Shown one piece after another: positions 40,075-50,212 of a DNA stretch of 64,000 bases. The notes under the pieces are model-generated. The model did not search any database and had not been told where the DNA came from. It worked only from the letters and a program-made list of their open reading frames with translations. The stretch covers positions 64,001 to 128,000 of the IMG/VR virus record IMGVR_UViG_3300037249_001368; one strand, 5' to 3'. Numbering within the stretch: position 1 is the stretch's first letter; each line of letters opens with the position of its first letter. Position numbers and translations under genes: made by a program. This DNA comes from a virus. Lineage: Duplodnaviria > Caudoviricetes.

Positions 40075-41637
40075 ATGCTTATAGATTTCATACAAAACCA
40101 AAACTCTGTTGAATTTAGTTATGTAAATAACAAGGGTTATATCGAAGTCGAGGAACTGTTTATGGAGCCAAACTCTCCAAACGGTTTTTATCAGATAATG
40201 GAGACAACCGAGGACGACCCCGATAAACTACAGAACTTATCTTCATTCAGAGGAAGTCCGTTGAAAAAGGAAATAGCCAAGTCCTTCAGAAAACTTAATC
40301 AGAACGAGTTCATCAATGTAACACTCAAGGAACTTAATCCAGAGCTTTATGAAAAGATTAATTGGTTGAGAGAGCCAAAAATCTATTCAATCGACATTGA
40401 AACACAAATCACTGACGAGTATGGATATTCTGATGAAGACCATGCAGATAACGAGATTATTTCCATTTCGATAACCAATGAAAATCTGAATACGATTCTA
40501 TTCATTGTCAAGAATCCTAAGGAACCGCTTAAGGAACTTCCGATAAAGAGCAAAAACTACATTGAGTCTTTGTTAGAAGCTCAACTAGGAAAATACTACA
40601 ACATGGCTGGTCCTAATCAGAACCAACCTTGTGCTTTTTCGATACAGGAATTTGATACTGAAGCGGATATGTTGGTTGCGTTTGTCGCAGCAGTCCAAAA
40701 ATATTTCCACATGATTATTGGTTGGAATATTTTTGGTTATGACTTGAAATACATTTTTAAGCGCTGTGATAAGTTAGGTATTGATTACAAGAAAATGAGT
40801 CCTGTCAATGCCTTAGCACCTGAGAAGAAGTCAATCAACTTGGCACTCGAAGTTCCGCTGAAATATCCAAGACACAGATTAGCAGCAGATTATATGAGGA
40901 TATTCAAGGCATCTGAAACTTTCAGAAACCTTGATTCATATTCTCTCGATAATGTTTCCCACGTAGTTCTTGAATTGGGAAAGGTAACTTACGAAGGGAA
41001 TCTACGAAAGTTATATGAAGATGATTATCTTAAGTTTGTTGCTTATGCGTTGGTTGATACCATATTGGTAATGCTGCTTCATCTACAAACAAATCTTCTC
41101 AGCACATATTTCTTCCAAAGTTATTATAACTCATTGCCTTATATGCGTCTCAATCAAAATCCTATATCTGAGGCGTTGATTTACAGGGAATTGAGGAGAA
41201 AGAATTTGTTCATTGTAGAATCAGAGTATCCCAAAAAGGTTTATAACTCATATCCAGGAGGTTTTGTAAAACTTCCAACCGTCCACGAAGTGTTAGCAGC
41301 TATGGGTATTGACTTTAACTCACTGTACCCAAATGCTATGATTAGTTGTTATCTTTCGTTTGACAACAAGTTTGATGACACAATTAAGATGGATGAGTTT
41401 GGTAAACCAATCAATGAGTTTAACCGAGCAAAGTTTGAGAAGTATAAATCTATGGGCTACTGTATAACCCCGATGGGAAGAATTTACAAAGCAGATGAAA
41501 ATAATATATACACCCAAATAGAAAAAAATCTTCTTGCCGAGCGTAAAATCTACAAAAAAGCGAAGGAGGATATTTACATGAATATTATACCTTCGATTGA
41601 GGCAGAGATTGAAAGAAGAAAGACATTAAAAGTTTAA
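40075..41637 (+). CDS. Family B DNA polymerase, N-terminal part (exonuclease plus palm motif A; gp43A-like)
   Basis: ExoI SIDIET, ExoII GWNIFGYD, SYSLDNVS, ExoIII YALVD, YPGGFV, motif A DFNSLYPN; ends after ERKIYKK. Confidence 0.9.
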   Translation: MLIDFIQNQNSVEFSYVNNKGYIEVEELFMEPNSPNGFYQIMETTEDDPDKLQNLSSFRGSPLKKEIAKSFRKLNQNEFINVTLKELNPELYEKINWLREPKIYSIDIETQITDEYGYSDEDHADNEIISISITNENLNTILFIVKNPKEPLKELPIKSKNYIESLLEAQLGKYYNMAGPNQNQPCAFSIQEFDTEADMLVAFVAAVQKYFHMIIGWNIFGYDLKYIFKRCDKLGIDYKKMSPVNALAPEKKSINLALEVPLKYPRHRLAADYMRIFKASETFRNLDSYSLDNVSHVVLELGKVTYEGNLRKLYEDDYLKFVAYALVDTILVMLLHLQTNLLSTYFFQSYYNSLPYMRLNQNPISEALIYRELRRKNLFIVESEYPKKVYNSYPGGFVKLPTVHEVLAAMGIDFNSLYPNAMISCYLSFDNKFDDTIKMDEFGKPINEFNRAKFEKYKSMGYCITPMGRIYKADENNIYTQIEKNLLAERKIYKKAKEDIYMNIIPSIEAEIERRKTLKV

Positions 41638-41655
41638 TATCAAAAATTTACAGAC

Positions 41656-42231
41656 ATGCCTGAAGACGACAACAAATTACAGGAAGGTCAGGAAAACGGT
41701 GAAATCCAAGAACTCGCCGACCAAATTTCCGAGAACCTGACAGGTGAAGGTGGCGAAGCCCCTGAGACTCCTGAGACTCCACAAGCCCCTGAGACCGAAA
41801 CTCCAGACAAGGAAGGTGAAAATGGTGGTACCGAAGAGCCGAATCCCGAGCCGAATCCCGAGCCGAATCCCGAGCCAACTCCGACACCAGAGCCTAATGG
41901 CGGTGGCGAGACCGAAGATGCCGAGGAAGAACAAGAAGTCCTTGGCAAGAAACTGACAAACGAACAAATTGAAGAAATTCGTCAGTATCTGAAAAAGACA
42001 CCTGAATCAAAAGAAGAAGCACTCGAGACCATCGAACAAATGGTTAAATTGTGTATCACTAACCAAGGCTGTGTTATCAGCAGTGGTTTGTATGAGTACA
42101 ACACTTGGGAAGCAATCTCAAAAGACATCCTTTGGTGGTGCGACAAAGCTCCTCGCTTCAACGTCGCCTATCCGTTGGAAACCATGTTGGTTGGTTATCT
42201 GATTGACAACAAAGCTGTGATTGGATATTAA
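41656..42231 (+). CDS. Hypothetical protein with an acidic Pro-Glu repeat N-terminus
   Basis: PETPETP and EPNPEPNPEPNPEP (GAGCCGAATCCC x3 at 41836-41871). Confidence 0.75.
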   Translation: MPEDDNKLQEGQENGEIQELADQISENLTGEGGEAPETPETPQAPETETPDKEGENGGTEEPNPEPNPEPNPEPTPTPEPNGGGETEDAEEEQEVLGKKLTNEQIEEIRQYLKKTPESKEEALETIEQMVKLCITNQGCVISSGLYEYNTWEAISKDILWWCDKAPRFNVAYPLETMLVGYLIDNKAVIGY

Positions 42232-42320
42232 CGTTAAGATTTATCAGCCTAAATAACCATAGTAGTTTGGTCAATCATAAAAAAGATGTCCTATAATTAA
42301 CCACTATAATCTTAAACGAT

Positions 42321-43271
42321 ATGCAAGTATTAATCAAAAATTTCGACTTGAAACTTTTTAAGTCGTTAATCGAGCAAAACTTGTTGGTGCAGAACGAGAT
42401 TTCAATTAACTTCGGTCCTGAGGTTGTGAAATCCTACGCATTTACGAGTTCCAAGTCCTTAATGAAAATTTGGACTGTGAGCACGAAGTCATTAATCAAG
42501 GAATCTGAAGAAGGCGGAGTCATTGATTTTGACGACGATGACCTGACCCCGAAGAGTACAGAACTTGAGTTCGAGCCATTCGACTTCTATGTTCTGAAGG
42601 GAGACATGTTCAAGAAGTACCTCAGTATCTTCAATGACGAACCCGTGACGATGATTATCGAGGTTGACGAAGAAACCAACATCGGTACTCTGATGACGAT
42701 TCAGGGCTGCTCAGCTTACCAATCCCGCTTACAGACCAAGTACAATCTTTGCAGCGACGAGCTGATTGTCAACAAGATTTCGTCTTTCGACCAAGCCATG
42801 CAAATGGTCCAGGAAAGTGAAGACGATATGCACTTTGTGATGACAAAGGAGGAGTGTGACGAAGTCAAGAAACTCATCCAACAGCTACACAAGTCCAACC
42901 CCGAGAATACCAGTTTCATCACCTTCAAGGTTGACGTCGCCCGCAAAATCATCAATGTTTCCGATAAGGTGTTCAGCGTGAACTTCCAACTTCAGAAATC
43001 GGCCGACATTGAAATCCCGAGTAAGTCGTTTGAGTTCAACCTGCTCAAGTCCGACTTTATCTCAACTGGTAACCACGTGTTCCACTTCTTCGTGGAAGAC
43101 AAACCGCAAGGAAAGGTCATTCTCAAAGCCGCTTACAAGAATTGCATCAACATCTACTGCATGGGTTATGCGATTACCTATGACAAGCAGGAAGAGAACA
43201 CCACGGTGTCTGACATTGACAGCGTGTCTGATGATGTCATTGACATTGACGAATATTTCGGAGATAACTAA
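42321..43271 (+). CDS. Probable DNA sliding clamp (gp45-like)
   Basis: Alternating helix/strand two-domain pattern, acidic, between the polymerase halves; clamp loader is in the window. Fold inferred. Confidence 0.5.
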   Translation: MQVLIKNFDLKLFKSLIEQNLLVQNEISINFGPEVVKSYAFTSSKSLMKIWTVSTKSLIKESEEGGVIDFDDDDLTPKSTELEFEPFDFYVLKGDMFKKYLSIFNDEPVTMIIEVDEETNIGTLMTIQGCSAYQSRLQTKYNLCSDELIVNKISSFDQAMQMVQESEDDMHFVMTKEECDEVKKLIQQLHKSNPENTSFITFKVDVARKIINVSDKVFSVNFQLQKSADIEIPSKSFEFNLLKSDFISTGNHVFHFFVEDKPQGKVILKAAYKNCINIYCMGYAITYDKQEENTTVSDIDSVSDDVIDIDEYFGDN

Positions 43272-43317
43272 AATCTTGACATATCGTTGACTTTCCCAGC
43301 CCGTCAGGGCTATGAAC

Positions 43318-43351
43318 CCACCCACGACTGCAAAGTCGTGGGTGGTGCTTT
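43318..43351 (+). terminator. Stem-loop (GCAA tetraloop), terminator or leader
   Basis: CCACCCACGACT-GCAA-AGTCGTGGGTGG followed by TGCTTT. Confidence 0.65.
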
Positions 43352-43363
43352 ATAACATAAATT

Positions 43364-44668
43364 ATGGATTTTCTTGATAATTACAATCGTCTAAAAACAG
43401 AAACACAGGACTTATCAAAGTTCACTGATGAGGAACTTGAAGAGATTCTCCGTGTAGCGAAACTTCGCGAAAAGGAGTACGACAATCTACAACTTGTCAT
43501 TAAGCGTAATTGTAATTCTCTGTATGGTTCAACTGCATCAGAATACTTTGATTTCTGTGATACCGATATTGGCGAGGATATTACGACTATATCAAGGCAC
43601 TTCGCTATATTGGTGGATATCGCCATAAACAAGTTCTTGACGAAGTGGGCTGATGATGAAAAATCTCTGCAAATCATGCGAGAGTTTTATCCAGACACGG
43701 TTTCACTCAAAAACTTGTATTACGTCAGAGACACGGTTAATGACGTATGTGTGTATGGTGATACTGATTCTCGGTATATTGATGTTAGTAAAGTTATGTC
43801 GCTCGTGATTGGACCTAATGGTCCAAGACAGTTACCGCCACAAACATCAGAAGGTAACAAAGAACTTGCAGACTTTGCTTCATTCTTTGATGAAAAATTC
43901 CTCAACGCAATCATCAAAAAAGCAATCGACGACGATTTGGAATATCGTAATGGTAACAAGGGACATTTGAAGATGGCCCACGAAGTTACGACCAGAAAGT
44001 CAGTGCTCCTGTCCAAAAAGATGTATATCATGCCTCTGATTTGGAAGGATGGTGTGTATTTCTCCGAGAATCCAAAGTTGAAGTACATGGGCGTTTCCCT
44101 AAAACGAGGCGAAACGACACCAGAACTTAAGAAAATAATCGAAAAACTGGTTAGAAAATATTTGGTTGATGGTTTGACGATACAGGAAATCAGCAAGGAG
44201 TGTCGTAAAATCAAAAACTACATCATAAAAACCAACAAAAAGAAAATTGTTTGTCGTTCTACATCTGTAAGTGGTGTTAAGGAAATGACTTACACCGTCG
44301 AGAAAGATAAAAAAGTTTGGTCGATACCTAAAAATCATCTACAAGCACAACTTGTCGTGAATTGGGCAAATTTCTTGGAGCAGAATGGTTTGCAGGATGA
44401 TTACAGACTTGCGTTTGAAAAGCAAAAAATGTATTATTACAAGACGTTGGGTTCTGATTATACCGTGATTGGGGTGCCCGATGATGTGGATATTGATAAA
44501 ATCCCGAATATGCCTCCAATCAACTGGCATGAAATGATTAATAGTCAATTCTTGAAACCTCTTATGAAATGCTTATTTGAGTACCCCGATAAGTACGAAA
44601 TTACCGAAGCAGATTGTAATGATTTCTTGATTGGACTGAATCATCAGGCAATTCAAATTAAAGTTTAG
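43364..44668 (+). CDS. Family B DNA polymerase, C-terminal part (motifs B and C, thumb; gp43B-like)
   Basis: QLVIKRNCNSLYG (motif B), YGDTDS (motif C), KKMY, KLKYMGVSLKRGETT. Confidence 0.9.
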   Translation: MDFLDNYNRLKTETQDLSKFTDEELEEILRVAKLREKEYDNLQLVIKRNCNSLYGSTASEYFDFCDTDIGEDITTISRHFAILVDIAINKFLTKWADDEKSLQIMREFYPDTVSLKNLYYVRDTVNDVCVYGDTDSRYIDVSKVMSLVIGPNGPRQLPPQTSEGNKELADFASFFDEKFLNAIIKKAIDDDLEYRNGNKGHLKMAHEVTTRKSVLLSKKMYIMPLIWKDGVYFSENPKLKYMGVSLKRGETTPELKKIIEKLVRKYLVDGLTIQEISKECRKIKNYIIKTNKKKIVCRSTSVSGVKEMTYTVEKDKKVWSIPKNHLQAQLVVNWANFLEQNGLQDDYRLAFEKQKMYYYKTLGSDYTVIGVPDDVDIDKIPNMPPINWHEMINSQFLKPLMKCLFEYPDKYEITEADCNDFLIGLNHQAIQIKV

Positions 44669-44712
44669 TAATAATAAATAACGGCTAGTAACAATTTTCA
44701 ATTCATAATATT

Positions 44713-46170
44713 ATGAGTAACAAGATTAAACAAAATTATGTCGACAATATTTTGTTAGGTGAAAATTCTTACAGTGGTGTATTGTACAGAATCAATGAAG
44801 TTATCAAAAACGCGCAAGCCAAAACCGTCGAAGGCTCTGAATTTCTGTCTCAGATGTACAAGTCTTTGAATGAGTCTGTCACCCCGCTTTTGTCACTGAA
44901 ACCATTCATTACCAAGGGAGAAGAACTTGCCCCCGATGATATGACCGTTGGTGAAGTCATGAAGCAGGTGAAGAAACACCTTGGGCAAAATGCCGATTTG
45001 AACTTCATCATCAACCTTTGTAAAGAGGAACACTTTGCGAAGATGATGCGTGCGGGCATCCCCGCCGAAGAAACTGTCAAAACCATTAAAGAGTTCTTCA
45101 ACAAAAAGTCGTCAGAGACAGAGAAACTCATCAAAGATGGTATCTTTGACTGCTTACAATCAGACCTCCTCGGTGACATTAAAAAGCAACTTGGTTGCAA
45201 TGAAAACGAGGGTACTGATGAGAGTGACCCCGAGAAGCAAGACAAGGAGGTCAAAACCGCCAAACTCAACGAAAACATGTTTATCGCCGGCATGAACGGT
45301 GTCTCAATGTACGCTCCTGTTGGTTTCATCCACCAAGACAGCACAGGTCAAAACTACGGTTACACCGAGGGCACATTTGTCAGATTGAATGAATCAGGTT
45401 CTGACAACGAAGCTGTAGATGTGGCTGTGGTCAGAGACCTCGAACAGAAACATTTCAAACTGATGCGGGCCGTCGACGAAATCGTTTTCAATCCTGAGAC
45501 CAACGAGTTCACCCCCAAGGAGAAGTGGGATATGAACATCAAAGTCACTGCTGACGGTGATGTGATTGTAACGCTTCCTAACGGCAACACCAAGAAAATC
45601 AAACAGGGTGACTTGCAAAAGCTGTTCATCGAAACCATCAACGAGTACGAGAGAGACCCCAAGATTGGTCCTAAATTCTCCGAACCCGTCAAAAAGAGAT
45701 ACATGCGTGATGCCGACAATTTCTGCACCATCGCCATGAATATCAAGAACTTGGTGAAATTCAATACCATGACCGCCGTCAAATCCATCAACGAGTCGGC
45801 CTTGTATGAGATTGGAACCAAGGCACCGAAACTCCTGAGACTCAACGGTCAACTGAACGTCAACTACGATTCTTTCAAGCAACTCTGTGAGTCACAAACT
45901 TCTATGAAGGACGCCATGTTCGGTCTGTTCGACAAAAACCTGAATGAGGAACAAAAGTTCTTCAAACAGCGCGAAACCAGACTGGTGAACCTGAACGAGA
46001 AGCAGAAAGAAATCAACAAGGAACTTGAAAGCATCGCAAGGATGAAGTCAGTTGCTGAACCCAATTCTCCGGCAATGGTCCGCCTAATGGAAATGGAAGA
46101 GAAGTACAACAGACTTCTTGACCAGAACATCGCTGACATTAAGGAGGCTCAGGAAGACCACCTGTATTAA
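44713..46170 (+). CDS. Hypothetical protein, likely prohead core/internal protein
   Basis: Many (L/I)NE motifs; preceded by TAATAAATA (44672-44680); C-terminal coiled coil. Confidence 0.7.
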   Translation: MSNKIKQNYVDNILLGENSYSGVLYRINEVIKNAQAKTVEGSEFLSQMYKSLNESVTPLLSLKPFITKGEELAPDDMTVGEVMKQVKKHLGQNADLNFIINLCKEEHFAKMMRAGIPAEETVKTIKEFFNKKSSETEKLIKDGIFDCLQSDLLGDIKKQLGCNENEGTDESDPEKQDKEVKTAKLNENMFIAGMNGVSMYAPVGFIHQDSTGQNYGYTEGTFVRLNESGSDNEAVDVAVVRDLEQKHFKLMRAVDEIVFNPETNEFTPKEKWDMNIKVTADGDVIVTLPNGNTKKIKQGDLQKLFIETINEYERDPKIGPKFSEPVKKRYMRDADNFCTIAMNIKNLVKFNTMTAVKSINESALYEIGTKAPKLLRLNGQLNVNYDSFKQLCESQTSMKDAMFGLFDKNLNEEQKFFKQRETRLVNLNEKQKEINKELESIARMKSVAEPNSPAMVRLMEMEEKYNRLLDQNIADIKEAQEDHLY

Positions 46171-46221
46171 GAGCGTTAACAGCAACATTCTAAGTTACGA
46201 TTTTTTTCATTTTTTTTCTTG

Positions 46222-46254
46222 GAAGGGGCAGGTGGCAGGCACATCTGCCCTTTT
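46222..46254 (+). terminator. Rho-independent terminator
   Basis: GAAGGGGCAGGTG...CATCTGCCCTTTT. Confidence 0.7.
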
Positions 46255-46282
46255 CTGTTTAACCTAAACCTTAACTTCAATC

Positions 46283-46633
46283 ATGGCAAAATACCTCGAA
46301 CCCGATAAACTGACAAAGGATTATGAAGATTCTTTGAAAGCAGGGAAATGTAACGATGCACTGCTGAAAGACTTTCAGTTGATTGCTGAAAATTCCATCA
46401 GAAGGCTGAATAATGGAAATGAACAACACATAGATAAGGACGTCTGTATCAACTACGCCGTCACTGAAGCATGGCGTAAGTGGAAATCATACGACACAAA
46501 CAAATCAACCAACATATTTTCGTTTTACACAACTATGATTCTCAACGATATGCGTATACATTATAATTACCTGAACCGTTGGAACGGTAGATGTATAAGT
46601 ATGACTCTGTTTGAGAACGCTGATGAAGATTAA
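46283..46633 (+). CDS. Late-transcription sigma factor (T4 gp55-like)
   Basis: LIAENSIRR and SYDTNKSTNIFSFYTTMILN align by eye with T4 gp55 LIAEGLSKR and [20 protein letters not shown]. Confidence 0.75.
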   Translation: MAKYLEPDKLTKDYEDSLKAGKCNDALLKDFQLIAENSIRRLNNGNEQHIDKDVCINYAVTEAWRKWKSYDTNKSTNIFSFYTTMILNDMRIHYNYLNRWNGRCISMTLFENADED

Positions 46634-46677
46634 GCGCGAACGCGAAACGCGAGCTATTATCATAAATCCGATAAGTT

Positions 46678-47289
46678 ATGCTGAACCCGATATTATCAAA
46701 CGCAATCATTCAATTCGGTAATGGATTCTTTCCAGAGGAACTGACCGAAAAATATGACACATACCTGTATAGGTTGAATTACCCGCTGAAAACATTCAGA
46801 GGATATTTCCATGAAACCATACAATCTTTATCTGTGCCAGGTTTATCTCTACAACCGACTGAATTGGTTGGTTTGTATAATAACGGAAATCTGAAAGCAG
46901 ACCGCAGTAACTTTGAACATAACACCACACAATTCACACAACCAGGAAACGCTGATTATACCAGTGTTTTGACCGATAATAAAGTAACAATCACTTTCAA
47001 AAACACCATTCTGAATTGGTTGTATGTTTGGGAGTTTGCTTACAATTATTACAAAAGACGTGACCGCGTCGGTACTTTCGACGTGAACGTGATTCTGAAA
47101 AACAGCGCAGAGATAAACATCCTTGGTTTTTACTTTAATGACGCTTTCATAACCAACACCGCAGAACTTGAGTTTTCATTCACAGAAGCGTTATCGGATT
47201 CCAAGACATTTGACATTTCAATACTGTTCAAAGAATTTAATGTCAGGTCGCTTATCCCCGAATTTAACGAAACACTCATTAAATTATAA
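46678..47289 (+). CDS. Tail tube-fold protein (gp3/gp54-like)
   Basis: IQSLSVPGLSL...VTITF...FNDAFITNTAELEFS...TFDISILF. Confidence 0.6.
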   Translation: MLNPILSNAIIQFGNGFFPEELTEKYDTYLYRLNYPLKTFRGYFHETIQSLSVPGLSLQPTELVGLYNNGNLKADRSNFEHNTTQFTQPGNADYTSVLTDNKVTITFKNTILNWLYVWEFAYNYYKRRDRVGTFDVNVILKNSAEINILGFYFNDAFITNTAELEFSFTEALSDSKTFDISILFKEFNVRSLIPEFNETLIKL

Positions 47290-47294
47290 GGAAA

Positions 47295-47744
47295 ATGCTG
47301 GATACGGTAAATGGTGAATATTCAATGCTTGTTTCAGGTCAGTATAATCGCAATGACGTGAAACTGGTTGAAGTGGTGAAATTGGATGAAAAAACCTATG
47401 GCAGGCTGGACATGATTGCTGTGTCCTACTACGGTGATGTTAAGTATCTACCGTTGCTTCTTGATTGGAACAACATTACCGACGTATCAAAAATGCGTGT
47501 TGGTGATATAGTAGAGATTCCTGACCTGATGGATATGTTGAAGTCTGTTGAAGACAACAACCGATTGCTGATGGAAGATTTTCAGGATGACCAGAATTAT
47601 CCTCTGCCAGGAATCATCGAAAACAACTTTACACCAACAACAAGCGAACAAATCGAAAAGAACACATCAGGCAATCCATTACTTGGTATCACACAGGAAG
47701 GAACCACAGTAGATGAAGCCAATGGATTCCTGATTTATAAATAA
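47295..47744 (+). CDS. Baseplate wedge LysM-like protein (gp53-like)
   Basis: RLDMIAVSYYGDVKYLPLLLDWNNITD....VGDIVEIP. Confidence 0.8.
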   Translation: MLDTVNGEYSMLVSGQYNRNDVKLVEVVKLDEKTYGRLDMIAVSYYGDVKYLPLLLDWNNITDVSKMRVGDIVEIPDLMDMLKSVEDNNRLLMEDFQDDQNYPLPGIIENNFTPTTSEQIEKNTSGNPLLGITQEGTTVDEANGFLIYK

Positions 47745-47748
47745 AGTC

Positions 47749-48975
47749 ATGGCAGAAAAAATTCTTGAACCATCAATAGAGGTACCTGAAATCAAGGTAG
47801 AAATCGACAAAGAACCCGTGAAGGGAACTTACGAAGGATTGAAGACTTCCTTAGGACAATATGTCCCATTGTTAGCATTAGGTGATTCTGAAGAACAGAC
47901 ATATATCAACTGGTCGAAGATTTCTGATTTCCGACTTGAAGTAGGTCTTTACAAATTACCGACGGTGGACGTAACGGTCGAGGACGAAGATTTCAAAATC
48001 AGGAAACACCTGAAAAATGATTTAGATGTTGGTATCTGTAGAATTGGTTACAACAATTTCGCATTACAGTTTAAGATTCTGTTCACGGAAATATACCCAA
48101 TGTCAGGTGCCGAAATACGGTTAACAGGAATACTCTATGACGAAAAAATGTGGGAAGATGTCCAGCAGAAACATTACAAAGAAATGACAGTTCAAGACGT
48201 CATCACTGAATCGTGCAAGGACAATGGCTTTGGTTTATTGGTTTACGGTAACGAGGAACTTAATACACAAATAAGCGTTGTTCAGACGTCACAATCGAAG
48301 AAGGGCTTTTTGAACTATTTGTTGCATAACTTCACCACAAATATTTGGTGTTTCGACCTAAATTATTTCTTACATTTGGGTAGTTATGAAGCAATGTCGT
48401 TGGAAGAAACCTCAACATACACTTTGGATTACAAAACAGGCGAAAAACTCAAAGAACCTAAGAAACTGATTTTCAGTAGAAACCTGTTGTTTGGAAAGGG
48501 TGGTGAGGACGCAAACGATAAGTTCAAAATCCCTGTAAAGTTTTATGAACCAGAATCAGAATATTCGGATAGATTCATAAACTTCAAAAAATCATACCAC
48601 CAATACACCGACAAGAAAGATATGACTATTCCTCAGTCAGATTTCGGAATTGGGGAAAATGCCGAAAACACTTTTTCGGGTTTTGGGTTACACAAAATAG
48701 CCAACAGTGATAAAATCCGTGAGAAGAACATATCTAAACAAGTCATCCATGTTTTCACAGATTACTTGGTACCTGAATTAAACCCATTGAGCAACATCGA
48801 GTTAGAATTATACGCTAACTCCATGTTTAGCGATAAATCAGATGAAAAAACCGGTGACTTGGACGTGGAACACAGTGGCAAAAAAACAGTAATCGGTTTC
48901 AATATAATATATAAGAAAAAAGCCGAGCAGGATGAATCAACACAGCAATTCACTGAAGAGATTCTTTGCATTTAG
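47749..48975 (+). CDS. Baseplate hub protein (gp27-like)
   Basis: 408 aa after the gp53-like gene; LPTVDVTVED, TVQDVITESC and HSGKKTVIG fit a hub layout. Confidence 0.55.
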   Translation: MAEKILEPSIEVPEIKVEIDKEPVKGTYEGLKTSLGQYVPLLALGDSEEQTYINWSKISDFRLEVGLYKLPTVDVTVEDEDFKIRKHLKNDLDVGICRIGYNNFALQFKILFTEIYPMSGAEIRLTGILYDEKMWEDVQQKHYKEMTVQDVITESCKDNGFGLLVYGNEELNTQISVVQTSQSKKGFLNYLLHNFTTNIWCFDLNYFLHLGSYEAMSLEETSTYTLDYKTGEKLKEPKKLIFSRNLLFGKGGEDANDKFKIPVKFYEPESEYSDRFINFKKSYHQYTDKKDMTIPQSDFGIGENAENTFSGFGLHKIANSDKIREKNISKQVIHVFTDYLVPELNPLSNIELELYANSMFSDKSDEKTGDLDVEHSGKKTVIGFNIIYKKKAEQDESTQQFTEEILCI

Positions 48976-48994
48976 GCATTAAAACTTTCTAAAA

Positions 48995-50212
48995 ATGGAT
49001 TCAAAAAATTTTTATGAGAACCTTAGCGAGTATCTGAACGTCATCAAGGCTTTCAAGAAAAGATATGATGTGCAAAATGGATTCGCGTTAGGGTATAGAA
49101 TTAATCAAGACCCCAACGGTGAGTTGCTGATGAAAAATAAACCTCACTCGATTGGTGAAGGTATCACCACGACTGGATGGTGTGTTTCAGTGTCACAAGC
49201 GTTTATCAACGATAACGCTTTCAAGATTTTATTGCAGTACAGAGGCGCTCAAGCCAAACTTATCTCCATTGACATCAAGGAGCAGTTTTGGGGTGAGTGC
49301 TACAACGGCAGTAAGAACTCATGGCACACAGCCATTTTGGTAAATGATTCAGGTGTCAATTTCGTGATTGACCTGACTTGTGCTCAGTTCGGTAACAGAT
49401 TCGTGGAGAAATTCATTTGGGCTTTTGAAACATGGGAAAAGACCTTCAGAAGTCCCATCTGCAAACACGTCATCACCGATTTTGATGGCAACATTCTGAC
49501 TTACAACATCGTTCCCAATGACAAGTACAGCTCCTATAAACCAGTGCTTGACAACGAAAAGATTGGTATCAAGGCGGCTCTGCACAAAAACCCGATGCTG
49601 AGTGACAAGGAGCTTGAACTCATGGCTGATTTCTTCGCAAAACGTATGGATGAAATCAACTGTAAACTTATCAACGGAACCATCAACAACTACGATGTGA
49701 AGTACATTGACTTGGTCACTAACTGCCTCGGTAAAATGACTGTCAAAAACTACGGCAACGCTTATTACCACGTGATGAAGTTCCCCAACAAGGACATGCT
49801 CAGAAAGTTCATCAAAATCTTCATCAAGAACGGCTTCGTTGCCAATCACTATATGTTGTTCTACAACAACATGGAAGATGCTTTGGAGTCATGCCTGTGT
49901 GGTGACAAAATCAATGTTGAAGTACCGAAAGACTCAGATTTGAAATGTTGTCAGGCGGTCGACACCAAGGTTTTGAACAGCCAAGATGTAAAAGAAGATG
50001 CACCGCACTATGTAGTGTTTGAGATTGCAGACTTCTTAGGTTTTGACACCAGTTCAATTTTCAACAACTCATGCTTGGTTCCTTATGGCAACCAGTTTGA
50101 GGTAACTAAGGAAGATATTTTCAACGGTGTCCAACTGCTTCCACCAAGCAACTTGAACACCCAGAAAACTAATACCATTTATGTCAGAAAACTAAAAATT
50201 GACAAACCATGA
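48995..50212 (+). CDS. Protein with a transglutaminase/papain-like Cys-His-Asp domain
   Basis: GWCVSVSQAF...SWHTAILV...VIDLTCAQF. Confidence 0.5.
   Translation: MDSKNFYENLSEYLNVIKAFKKRYDVQNGFALGYRINQDPNGELLMKNKPHSIGEGITTTGWCVSVSQAFINDNAFKILLQYRGAQAKLISIDIKEQFWGECYNGSKNSWHTAILVNDSGVNFVIDLTCAQFGNRFVEKFIWAFETWEKTFRSPICKHVITDFDGNILTYNIVPNDKYSSYKPVLDNEKIGIKAALHKNPMLSDKELELMADFFAKRMDEINCKLINGTINNYDVKYIDLVTNCLGKMTVKNYGNAYYHVMKFPNKDMLRKFIKIFIKNGFVANHYMLFYNNMEDALESCLCGDKINVEVPKDSDLKCCQAVDTKVLNSQDVKEDAPHYVVFEIADFLGFDTSSIFNNSCLVPYGNQFEVTKEDIFNGVQLLPPSNLNTQKTNTIYVRKLKIDKP

Noticed and set aside
41638-43363. Intron or intein interrupting the polymerase
   Set aside because: The gap holds two ordinary ORFs without homing-endonuclease motifs, and no intein terminal residues or group I core were recognised.
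6811-48975. Stop-codon reassignment (TAG to Gln, as in Lak phages)
   Set aside because: Core genes are uninterrupted in code 11, TAG falls at natural gene ends, and the tRNA anticodon is UUG rather than CUA.
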